A DNA stretch of 59,443 nt, from IMG/VR virus record IMGVR_UViG_3300037310_000051, positions 1-59,443 of that record; one strand, written 5' to 3'. A program made the translations under genes and the position numbers. The stretch's first letter is position 1. The number at the start of each line of letters is the position of its first letter. This stretch comes from a virus (Duplodnaviria; Caudoviricetes). Below, one piece after another: positions 27,113 to 35,342 of this stretch. The notes beneath the pieces were generated by a model. That model saw nothing but the letters and a program-made list of their open reading frames with translations, was not told where the DNA came from and made no database searches.

Positions 27113-28464
27113 GCGCCACCTCGCACAAACTGCAATGGCTGGATCGGCTTTCCGTACAATGCGGACCAGTCGCCTGTTTCCATGGCGTGCTTCACAACGA
27201 TAAAGGCCCTCTCGCACACATCGATCGCCATATCAATATCACCCGTTGTCATAGCCGCCGAGATATTCCCGCCCGCCGGATGCCAGAGCACGCCCCACTC
27301 GGCTAACTCCTGCACAAACAGTGACATGGCAAGTATGGCTATCTGTTGATCTTGCACCATGAATCGAATACGCGGCTTGACTGGGTAGCCGTCGCAGACT
27401 GCCAACCCGTCGAGCAGGGTATTGTCAATCACTCTACGTATGCCGTTTTGAAACTGCTCGCCGCGCTGCCAGAGTGTTTGTACGATTGGACGCTCTTTGT
27501 AAATATCAAGTACGGCGTTGCACGCGGCCAAGCCGATGCAATCCCCACCGAACGTCCCGCTAACGACGTCGGCATGCCGCATAATGTCACGGCGTCCACA
27601 TAAAAAGGCCAGTGGGTAGCCGTTCGCACAGGCCTTCCCAAATGTCGCCAGGTCTGGAATCACGTTGCAGTATTCTTGCGCCCCGCCGTTTGCCCAGCGA
27701 AAGCCCGTCACCATCTCATCGAAGATCAGCAGCGCGCCATACTTGTGACACAGCCTCTTTACGCCTTCAAGGAATCCAGGCTGCGGTGCTTCATAATGGC
27801 ACGGCTCTAAAATCACGGCGGCGACCTCTGGCTTATCGATCGCGATAAACTTATCGAACGCCATGCTTAATGAGTCCAGATCGTTATAAACAAACGATCG
27901 AATCAGTTGCTCATATTCTCTCGGCACGCCAGGATGTTCAGGCTTAACGGCCTGAAACCAGGAGTGCCACGAATGATACCCGGCCCCGACGGTGAGGATC
28001 GCATCTCTCCCCGTTGCCTTCCTCGCCACACGAATCGCCGCCTCGGTCGCCTCACTCCCGCTCTTGACGAATCGCACCATCTCGGCGCATGGGATCATTG
28101 TGCAGATCTTCTCGGCGACTTCGGCTTCGAGTTCCGTCGCAAGCGAGAAGGCGTAACCAATTGCTATTTGCTCGATCACTGACATTGAAACTTTATCAGC
28201 TGGCCATCCGTCATTGCATTGATCAATGAATGGCGCAAATTCATTCGATGGATAGCCCAATGTCATCGAGGCTAGTCCGCAGACCATGTCGAGATAGGTG
28301 TTATTGTCCACATCGGTTACAAACTGACTAGTTCCCGACTGGAGTGCAACGGGAAATGCCCCTTCAGGAAATCGCTCCGCCCGCTTCGAAAGTGTTTGCG
28401 CCCCGCCAGGCGTCACGCAACGCAGGCGCTGTAATATCGCTTGGCTCTTCTGATAGTTTTTCAT
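27109..28464 (-). CDS. Class III PLP aminotransferase (GSA-aminomutase-like, sugar pathway)
   Basis: PGGAQTLSK, DVDNN.YLD, KSGSEA, GYHSW, LIFDEMVTGFR, PDLATFGKA.ANG.P, SGTFGG. Confidence 0.88.
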   Translation of the reverse strand: MKNYQKSQAILQRLRCVTPGGAQTLSKRAERFPEGAFPVALQSGTSQFVTDVDNNTYLDMVCGLASMTLGYPSNEFAPFIDQCNDGWPADKVSMSVIEQIAIGYAFSLATELEAEVAEKICTMIPCAEMVRFVKSGSEATEAAIRVARKATGRDAILTVGAGYHSWHSWFQAVKPEHPGVPREYEQLIRSFVYNDLDSLSMAFDKFIAIDKPEVAAVILEPCHYEAPQPGFLEGVKRLCHKYGALLIFDEMVTGFRWANGGAQEYCNVIPDLATFGKACANGYPLAFLCGRRDIMRHADVVSGTFGGDCIGLAACNAVLDIYKERPIVQTLWQRGEQFQNGIRRVIDNTLLDGLAVCDGYPVKPRIRFMVQDQQIAILAMSLFVQELAEWGVLWHPAGGNISAAMTTGDIDMAIDVCERAFIVVKHAMETGDWSALYGKPIQPLQFVRGGA

Positions 28465-29303
28465 AGCCGCACTACCTTGCACAACATAGCCGATTCCTTG
28501 CAGGCCTCCACGATCTGCATGACATGTGTCGCTTGCGCCAACGTGCAGAGTCGATCGTCTGCCGGTTCGCCCGTTTCGACATGATGCAGGAAGGCGTCTA
28601 GCTCTTGCTTATAGGCCTGGTCATTCTTTTCGCGCGAGAACTCCCACAGTGTTTCCCCATTCGACGTGGCCTCGCGCACGTAGTCTTTCGCGTAGGGGTT
28701 AAGCAGAATCTCGCTTAGACCGTTAAGATGCCGTAACCAAATCTCCCAGCCGTTCACATACTCGCGCGCCGAAACCTTCTCGACCGGTCCAAACATATAT
28801 ACGGCTGCGTCAATCTCGTGCGAGAATTCCAGCAGCACGTCTTTCTGATACGTGCTCGGCCACTGGCGTATATCCTGCGAGCACTCCCAGGTGATGCACC
28901 GCACGGGCGGTGTCAACATATCGTCCAGCTGCCAGCGAAGCTGATATCCGATGAAGCAGGCTTTTCGTATGCCCGTGGTACGCTCGCGAATGATAACCCG
29001 CGTGTCCGCTATCCCTAACGACAGTGGCTTTTCCGTGAAGCAATGCACGCCCTCCTCCATCGCACGGCATATTAAGCTCGCATGCGCAACTGGCGGCGCG
29101 CAAATAAGTGCCACGTCTGGTTTCCAGCTCCACGCCAGATCGGCGGTATCTGTCGCCTGAATCGGCGCAAACGATAACCCTGATTCGCCCACACGCGGAT
29201 CGACACCGAGAATGCTGTCCGGTGAAACGCCTAGCTCGATTAGGTTATGAACATGCCGTAGGCCGATACTGCCGAGACCAAAGACGGCGATCTTGAGGCT
29301 CAT
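28461..29303 (-). CDS. Gfo/Idh/MocA NAD-dependent oxidoreductase
   Basis: VFGLGSIG.RH, ICAPP..H, FTEKPL, IGYQLR, SHEID; start MSLKI after SD GGAGG. Confidence 0.88.
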   Translation of the reverse strand: MSLKIAVFGLGSIGLRHVHNLIELGVSPDSILGVDPRVGESGLSFAPIQATDTADLAWSWKPDVALICAPPVAHASLICRAMEEGVHCFTEKPLSLGIADTRVIIRERTTGIRKACFIGYQLRWQLDDMLTPPVRCITWECSQDIRQWPSTYQKDVLLEFSHEIDAAVYMFGPVEKVSAREYVNGWEIWLRHLNGLSEILLNPYAKDYVREATSNGETLWEFSREKNDQAYKQELDAFLHHVETGEPADDRLCTLAQATHVMQIVEACKESAMLCKVVRL

Positions 29304-29794
29304 GATTTCCTCCGTGTTGGGTAGGCTACTTGTACGAAGCCCTTTTTCTTGAGTACGTAGCCATTGGTGATGAACAGTCGCAAACTTGCGGCGTTCGCGG
29401 CCTGAATTACCGCGCCCAGCGGAGGGAGATGATATTTCTCCGCCTCGGCCTTCAAGAGTCGCAGTGCGGCTGTTCCTACACCGTGTCTGCGCCAGCTGAC
29501 TTCCACGGCTAACGAAACCTCGGTCCATGAACGTCGATCATCTAGGCGTGCAATGCCGATCGGATGCACGTCATTGTTGACCCGCGTCACGATGAAATAC
29601 AGGCGGCGCGTGCGTGACACAGCCGACTCGGCCCACCAGGCGCGATGCTCTTCGATCTTGATCCGTTTGCGCGTGCGCGAGACAACCCTCACGGAATCGT
29701 CATTCCGGATTTCGTGCCACCGTTCGGCATGCTGCGGATTCGTGAAATTCACCGGCAGCAACGAGATTGCGGGCAATGCGGGCGTCGGCATCAT
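29300..29794 (-). CDS. PseH-like GNAT N-acetyltransferase
   Basis: IRNDD.VR..S...I..EEH..W, IGIARLD, EVSLAV...RRHGVG, N.AS.RLF...GY. Confidence 0.8.
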   Translation of the reverse strand: MMPTPALPAISLLPVNFTNPQHAERWHEIRNDDSVRVVSRTRKRIKIEEHRAWWAESAVSRTRRLYFIVTRVNNDVHPIGIARLDDRRSWTEVSLAVEVSWRRHGVGTAALRLLKAEAEKYHLPPLGAVIQAANAASLRLFITNGYVLKKKGFVQVAYPTRRKS

Positions 29795-30048
29795 TGCTCC
29801 TCAATCGGCTGCCAGCCCTTATGCTGTAAGCACTCCTGCATTTCAGAACGTGCATTGATGCCGTAGTAGATGTTGTTGAGCGGATCGGCGCGAAACGCGA
29901 TGCCCTGCGAGCTGCGCTCCCACTGTTGCCGACACTCGTAGATATCATACTGTAATTCCGGATTACCTGCACCGTCCTTCGCAAAGCGCACGGGACCGCC
30001 ACAGCCAAAGAGCATTATACAGAGTCCGATGATTGCCAGTATGCGCAT
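29791..30048 (-). CDS. Small lipoprotein
   Basis: MRILAIIGLCIMLFG|C lipobox; D.YEC...CLQ.KGW motif; own SD AAGGAGG. Confidence 0.65.
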   Translation of the reverse strand: MRILAIIGLCIMLFGCGGPVRFAKDGAGNPELQYDIYECRQQWERSSQGIAFRADPLNNIYYGINARSEMQECLQHKGWQPIEEQ

Positions 30049-30050
30049 GA

Positions 30051-30878
30051 CTAATCCTCCTTGTGTTGGGTTGTTGTGCGCACTTTGAAGGCAGCGCACG
30101 GCGCCTCGCAGTCGAGCTTCTCCGTCTTGGGTTCACCGATCGCCTTCTTGGTCAAGATCACCAGCCGCACGTACTCGAACAACTGCGCGATGTCAAGGCT
30201 GTGCGGATAGTCGGGATTCTCCGGCGGCGTCGAGTTCGCCCGCACGTGGACTTCGAGAATCGTGGCGCCTTGCGAGACGGCCAACGCGCCGGTGAGCGTA
30301 TGGCGCGAATGATCAGAAAAGCCATCCAGGCGATACTCGCGGATGGTTGACAGATGCAGATCGGCAATGCTGGTCGGGTACGCACTGACGCAATGCAGAA
30401 TCTTGATGTGTTTATCGATCAGCTTTAGAGCCGTGCGCAGCGTGCGGAGTTCCTCACCGCTGGTCATGCCGGTAGATACTACGACAGGCTTACCCGTTCG
30501 CGTGCAGGCTTCGACGAGCACAAGATCATCCGCCTCGAATGAGGAGATCTTCAGCGCATCGGCATAGTTGCCAACGGCTGCCAAATCTGACTGATCGAAC
30601 ACGGACAGCACCAGCGCAATATCAAGGCTGTGCGCCTGGTGCGCGAGATCCCGGAGCCATTCGTGCGGAACCTGATACCGCGCATACATGGCGCAATGCT
30701 GCTCGGCGTGACGGCGCGTGGCCAGACGAGCGGCCTCGTAGCATTGAAACTTCACGGCGTCGGCGCCTGCGGCGGCGCACTGACGAATGAGTGTAAGCGC
30801 CTTCGAGAAACTGCTATCGTGACAGGCACCGATTTCTGCGATGATGTAAGGGTTTGTGCGAAAGAACGAATCCGTCAT
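30051..30878 (-). CDS. NeuB/PseI-family nonulosonic acid synthase (no C-terminal SAF/AFP domain)
   Basis: IIAEIG..HD, GADAVKFQ, SVFD, KISSFE, KPVVVSTGM, LHCVSAYP, GFSDHS, GA..LEVHV. Confidence 0.92.
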   Translation of the reverse strand: MTDSFFRTNPYIIAEIGACHDSSFSKALTLIRQCAAAGADAVKFQCYEAARLATRRHAEQHCAMYARYQVPHEWLRDLAHQAHSLDIALVLSVFDQSDLAAVGNYADALKISSFEADDLVLVEACTRTGKPVVVSTGMTSGEELRTLRTALKLIDKHIKILHCVSAYPTSIADLHLSTIREYRLDGFSDHSRHTLTGALAVSQGATILEVHVRANSTPPENPDYPHSLDIAQLFEYVRLVILTKKAIGEPKTEKLDCEAPCAAFKVRTTTQHKED

Positions 30879-30898
30879 GATCCTCTTCCTCCCGTGGG

Positions 30899-31894
30899 TT
30901 AGTCGTTAGGCGGCCTGTTGGGAACGGCCTGTAACATGTTCATCAGCTCCGGCACGGTAAACCGTTCAACTGCGTCGGAAGTATAACCCGTTCCATCCGG
31001 AAAAGCTAGTGCAATGTTTTTCCGGTCTGGCGCGTGTTTCCAGGTCGAATGACTGGGCTTGACAACGTAGTACTCGCCGGACCGATACGTGCGATGCAGC
31101 TCCTCGTGTGAGAGCAAACTCTCGTGCAGCTTCTCCCCACCAGGGCGTAGTCCGGTATCGACCACGGGAAATTCTTGGCGCTGAGCTTCACGCTTGATCG
31201 CATCCGCCACATCGACCATGCGCGCCGCCCGCAACTGCGGAACGATAATGTCGCCCGCTTCAAAGTACGGCTGAATCGCGTCATCGATGAGCTTGGTTGC
31301 TTGATCCAGTGTAACGATGAAGCGCGTCATGCGGCGATCCGTCACGGTTAGACGTGTGCCGTGTGCGACTTGATCGCGCCAGATATGCACAACCGAGCCG
31401 CGCGAGCCGAGCACGTTGCCGTATCGCACGACGAGAATGCTGGTGCCCTTCGGATAGGCGAACGCATTCTCCTGCACGGCTAGGCACTCGGCGCAGAACT
31501 TCGAGGCGCCGTAGAGATTCGTCGCCTCTACGGCCTTATCGCTGCTGACGACGATGACGCGCCGGGCGCCGATCCGCTGCGCCACCTCCAACACGTGCTG
31601 CGTTCCCGTGATGTTGGTCTTTACCACTTCACCCGTCGCGTAGACCGATCCCGAAATGCGCTTCAATGCTGCGGCGTGAATAATCACTTGGCAGCCGTCA
31701 AAGGCCTTGCGCATCGCCGTCAGATCATCCAGCCCCGCCGCCACCACCATGCAGCGCACGTTCTCGCGCCCCGCCATGATCTTCTCAGCCTTGAGTTCGT
31801 CGCGCGTGATGCCCACGATGACGTGCTCATGCTGAAATCGTTCTACCAATGCCGTACCGAGACTGCCGGAAATTCCGGTGATGCCAATTCTCAT
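30899..31894 (-). CDS. PseB/FlaA1-like UDP-GlcNAc 4,6-dehydratase
   Basis: ITG.SGSLG, RDELK, IHAAALK, VSSDKA...NLYGASK, VRYGNVLGSRGSV, TD.RMTRF, GLRPG.EKLHE. Confidence 0.9.
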   Translation of the reverse strand: MRIGITGISGSLGTALVERFQHEHVIVGITRDELKAEKIMAGRENVRCMVVAAGLDDLTAMRKAFDGCQVIIHAAALKRISGSVYATGEVVKTNITGTQHVLEVAQRIGARRVIVVSSDKAVEATNLYGASKFCAECLAVQENAFAYPKGTSILVVRYGNVLGSRGSVVHIWRDQVAHGTRLTVTDRRMTRFIVTLDQATKLIDDAIQPYFEAGDIIVPQLRAARMVDVADAIKREAQRQEFPVVDTGLRPGGEKLHESLLSHEELHRTYRSGEYYVVKPSHSTWKHAPDRKNIALAFPDGTGYTSDAVERFTVPELMNMLQAVPNRPPND

Positions 31895-32106
31895 TTCGTG
31901 TATCTCCCCCGCCCGTTTCGATACCGCCAGTGCGTGGTACGCTTTGCAATGCAGGCTCCGCAGGTGGTTCCGTTCACGGGGATGTTGGTGCATCCCGCCA
32001 CGCGACACGTTACCGCCGTTGCGATGGTGTCACGATAGCCGCAATTTAGGCAATGCACGTCGCCGTAGTTATCGACGATGAGCCCCTGACAGCGCACACA
32101 CGTCAT
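31891..32106 (-). CDS. Small zinc-ribbon protein (MxCxRCxG...CLNCG)
   Basis: ATGA-coupled; related motif to 1616-1816. Confidence 0.55.
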   Translation of the reverse strand: MTCVRCQGLIVDNYGDVHCLNCGYRDTIATAVTCRVAGCTNIPVNGTTCGACIAKRTTHWRYRNGRGRYTK

Positions 32107-32489
32107 GACGGCTCCTTCTTGCGCGGTCTGCCCGTTAGCTCCACAAACACGCCAGGCCGATCCATTGCGTACATGAATTCATCACTCAGGCTGCCGACGT
32201 AGTCGATCGAATCATCCAGTAAGACCCCTTCGGCTACCAACGAGTCCAAAACAAACTTGGCGCCAAATCGGATGTTGTCTGGGTCGCGTTGATTGCGTCC
32301 GGTCTTGGCCTTCTCGTACCACCGGAAGATGATGTGTGCGGAATCCATCGGGCGCAGCTTCGCGCGTCGAATCGCCACGCGCACCAGCATGCCATAGTCA
32401 CGCTTCATGCGACTGTAGACCTGCGGATGAATGCGCAGCACATCGTTTGCGCCTGGCAGCACCGTGTCAATGAAGAAGCTCTGCGTCAT
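32103..32489 (-). CDS. RusA-like Holliday junction resolvase
   Basis: LPGAND, RDPDNI..GAKFVLDSLV..GVL.DD motif; follows the helicase. Confidence 0.8.
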   Translation of the reverse strand: MTQSFFIDTVLPGANDVLRIHPQVYSRMKRDYGMLVRVAIRRAKLRPMDSAHIIFRWYEKAKTGRNQRDPDNIRFGAKFVLDSLVAEGVLLDDSIDYVGSLSDEFMYAMDRPGVFVELTGRPRKKEPS

Positions 32490-34204
32490 CACCGCACCTC
32501 CCGCGTCGCCGTTGGTGCATAGCGTCCGCAGATCGGGTCCCACTGAAACGCACACGTGCCGATGTGCCCGTTCTGTTTCCAGCGCACCTTGGTGACATGC
32601 ACCTCCGAGTAGTGAATATCCTCCTGCGTATTGCGCCAGACCGTGAGGCAGTTGTCGCTCTTGTTGCGCCAGTGCGCCGAGCCCGCCACGTCGTACGGCG
32701 TCGGCACGGGATACTGGCCGTTATCCATGCGTGAGAGTTTTGTGGGATGTGCCACCACGAACACATGCACCCCACGTGTGCGTCCAAATCGCTTCAGCTG
32801 GCTGATGGCTTGCGAGATGTATTCCGTCTCCGTGAGGCCACGATAGCCAGAGTGGTCGATTTCGTTCCACGGATCAACGATCAAGTGCGTGATGCCTTTT
32901 TGTAAGACTAGTGCTTCGGCCTTCTGTAGCAGCTCATCGACCGTCAGTGGCGACGGCGAGTCGATCATGTACAGGTGCGGATACAAAAACTCCATCGCAT
33001 GGACGGTCTGTAACTGCGTCATGCGTGGGTGTGGCCCATCGAAAAACGGCAATCCCTCGATCTTCTCGGCGAGCTTAGCCAGATGATGCGCGATCGGCTG
33101 ATTCTCTGGCGAGTAGACGGCAAACACACAGCCGTGCTGTGCGATGAGGTTAACCATGAGCTGATCAAGAAACTCCGATTTTCCATGACTGGGAATTCCC
33201 GTCACCATCGTGAACTGCCCCGGCGAGATGGTGAAGAGTTCGTCCAGCGTCTCATAGCCGGTTGAAAGTCCACGTTGACGACCGTCGCGCCAGTAGGTGA
33301 GGACGGCATCGGATAGATCATTGATCGTAAGCACATGCTCAATCGGCGATGGTTGGGCGGTAAGAAGCAGGTGATGCAAGGCCTCAGCCCCGCGTTCCAG
33401 CAGCAGTTGGTTGGCATCCTTAATGCCGTCAGGCCAGATGACACGCCAGCAGCGTTCCGGCCCGAGACGGCGCATGAGTTCACTTTCAAGCGCTTTACCA
33501 GGTCCATCGTTGTCGGTCGCAAGAATAATCTTCGTCACGTGGTCGCCGACGTACTCGGCGCAGTTCTCCAGATACTCGAACTTCTTGGCGCTGGGCTTGG
33601 CATTCTCTGCTGGTGCGCCGTCCGGCACCGATACAACGTGCGCAATACCGACCTGCGCGAAGGCGAGCTTGTCGAATTCTCCCTCCACAAACACGATTTC
33701 CGTCTGCCCGGTGATGTCGTCGAGGCCGTACAGAATCTTCTCGGCGTCGGCTACTTGTCGAAAGGCTTTCTGTGTGAACGCGCGCGACTTGATGTTGATG
33801 ACCTGTCCGTTGCGCAGATACGGAAACTGCAACACCGGCACCCGCTCTTCCAGTTGCGGCATCCACTCCATGCCGGTTGAGATGCGGTAGCGCGCCACCA
33901 CCTCCGGTGAGATGCCACGCTCACCACAGAAAGCGATCGCCTGTTGATTGGGAATGGCGACGTAGGTGGGACGCGCATACTCCTGTGGCTTCCAACGATC
34001 GACACGCGGCTTATCGCGCACACCGTCTCTCAGTGTCCCTTTCCACCCACAGTGATGACAGATCCAGATTTCCTTCTCGACGTTTACACTAAGGCACTTC
34101 GCGTTCTTCTTCTTGCGTGTCGGGGAGCACTCCGGACAGGTGGTGAAGCGCTCGGTGCCGCCGGTGAGGGGAAGTTCGATTTTAAAGTCCGACCAGGTTT
34201 TCAT
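32489..34204 (-). CDS. Bifunctional primase-helicase (T7 gp4/Twinkle type)
   Basis: Zn finger CPEC...CHHCGW, TOPRIM VEGEFD/ATDND/KDAN, SF4 helicase TGIPSHGKS, IVDPWN, VAHPTK. Confidence 0.92.
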   Translation of the reverse strand: MKTWSDFKIELPLTGGTERFTTCPECSPTRKKKNAKCLSVNVEKEIWICHHCGWKGTLRDGVRDKPRVDRWKPQEYARPTYVAIPNQQAIAFCGERGISPEVVARYRISTGMEWMPQLEERVPVLQFPYLRNGQVINIKSRAFTQKAFRQVADAEKILYGLDDITGQTEIVFVEGEFDKLAFAQVGIAHVVSVPDGAPAENAKPSAKKFEYLENCAEYVGDHVTKIILATDNDGPGKALESELMRRLGPERCWRVIWPDGIKDANQLLLERGAEALHHLLLTAQPSPIEHVLTINDLSDAVLTYWRDGRQRGLSTGYETLDELFTISPGQFTMVTGIPSHGKSEFLDQLMVNLIAQHGCVFAVYSPENQPIAHHLAKLAEKIEGLPFFDGPHPRMTQLQTVHAMEFLYPHLYMIDSPSPLTVDELLQKAEALVLQKGITHLIVDPWNEIDHSGYRGLTETEYISQAISQLKRFGRTRGVHVFVVAHPTKLSRMDNGQYPVPTPYDVAGSAHWRNKSDNCLTVWRNTQEDIHYSEVHVTKVRWKQNGHIGTCAFQWDPICGRYAPTATREVR

Positions 34205-34962
34205 GTGTAGATAATCCGCTTCTTAGGTGCGGGAGGTGATTGTGGCTCATCGGTCCAGCGACCTTGGTTTAACCATGTTGATGGATGCGGGATATACTGC
34301 CCATTGTCCCTTATCCACTGCTCAGACTGTTTTAATTTTTCAATCACTGCCAGAATCTGCTCGATTGGTGGGCGATCTTTCGCCTTCATCCATGCCTTAT
34401 GTGCGAACTTCTTTCCACCAGACTTTCGTGGGTACGTAGTCCAGAATTGTTCAAACTCAGTATCGTACTGCAAAGTGGGTATGGGGTCATTATTTTCGGT
34501 CGGTGCCAGCGCCGTCATTTGGGGCGCTGGAGAAGTCTTATTCTTATTCTTTATAGGTACGGTATGGTACGGTACGGTACGGAGGGGGTGTTCATCGGCG
34601 CCCTGGTCGGGCGTCAATAGATTATTTTTACGCCCCCGTGTTTTGTTATACTTCAACCAGTTACGTCCGTTTAGAACCAGTGGCGAACCATCCGGCGCTG
34701 ATTCGCCAACCAGTAGCCACTCCTTCGCGACTAGCCAGCGAATCTGTCGCGAACAGTTCGCCACTGATTGACGAGTAGTTCGCGACAGAACCGCCAACCA
34801 TTCTCCAGCCAGTCTCCACTGGTTGTCGGATCGCTCTAAATAGATCAGAATTTGCAGCCATGTTCTTAGGGCTCGATCACCAAACTCAGAGGTAAATTCC
34901 CAGACTTCAGGGTCGGCGATAATTTCCTGTGAGCAGTGGAAATATCGTTTGGGGATTGGCAT
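34201..34962 (-). CDS. Phage replication initiator/organiser protein
   Basis: FEQFW..YPRK..K..A.KAW.K and YIPHP.TWLN..RW.DE C-terminal motif; upstream of the helicase. Confidence 0.75.
   Translation of the reverse strand: MPIPKRYFHCSQEIIADPEVWEFTSEFGDRALRTWLQILIYLERSDNQWRLAGEWLAVLSRTTRQSVANCSRQIRWLVAKEWLLVGESAPDGSPLVLNGRNWLKYNKTRGRKNNLLTPDQGADEHPLRTVPYHTVPIKNKNKTSPAPQMTALAPTENNDPIPTLQYDTEFEQFWTTYPRKSGGKKFAHKAWMKAKDRPPIEQILAVIEKLKQSEQWIRDNGQYIPHPSTWLNQGRWTDEPQSPPAPKKRIIYT
34556..34582. repeat. (GGTAC)5-like pentamer repeat inside the initiator gene; possible origin
   Basis: GGTAC GGTAT GGTAC GGTAC GGTAC GG next to the AT-rich tract TTATTCTTATTCTTTATA. Confidence 0.55.
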
Positions 34963-34964
34963 GT

Positions 34965-35156
34965 CTATCGAGATGGCCGAGAAATAAAGTGTGTAATGAA
35001 CGGATACCGTTGCTTTAGCAACGATTTGTCTTTTCTTTTCAGTGCATCACACATGACGAGTATTTCTATGCCGACATCTTTTAGCGGTCTTCGCCTCGAC
35101 CATCGTAGAAATTTTTTAGCGTCGATGGCTATACCTAATTCACGCGCTACTTTCAT
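34965..35156 (-). CDS. Small basic hypothetical protein
   Basis: 63 aa, SD AGGAG. Confidence 0.5.
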   Translation of the reverse strand: MKVARELGIAIDAKKFLRWSRRRPLKDVGIEILVMCDALKRKDKSLLKQRYPFITHFISRPSR

Positions 35157-35170
35157 TAAACTCTCCTAGT

Positions 35171-35217
35171 AAAAAGGCGACCCACCTGAGCACTTACGTG
35201 CCAAATGGATCGCCTTT
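35171..35217 (-). terminator. Hairpin plus U-tract in the leader of the replication operon
   Basis: Minus strand AAAGGCGATCCA...TGGGTCGCCTTTTT, immediately before the SD of 35156. Confidence 0.6.
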
Positions 35218-35318
35218 CACTGCGCGTCGGCTGTGACCCCGACGGACAATTAGTATACGCTTGCGCTGTCACAGAAGCGCGAGTTTTCATAGATCAATCT
35301 CCAGATAAGACGCCTTAT

Positions 35319-35342
35319 ACTATAGCCCATTGGAAAAGTAAA
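35319..35342 (-). promoter_or_regulatory. Promoter-like motif TTTACT-N12-TATAGT
   Basis: Same hexamers as the other promoters with a short spacer; directly after the recT stop. Confidence 0.45.

Noticed and set aside
27109-28464. HemL (tetrapyrrole synthesis) auxiliary metabolic gene
   Set aside because: The context (SpsF, NeuB, PseB) and PGGAQT.SK N-terminus fit the sugar-aminotransferase subgroup.
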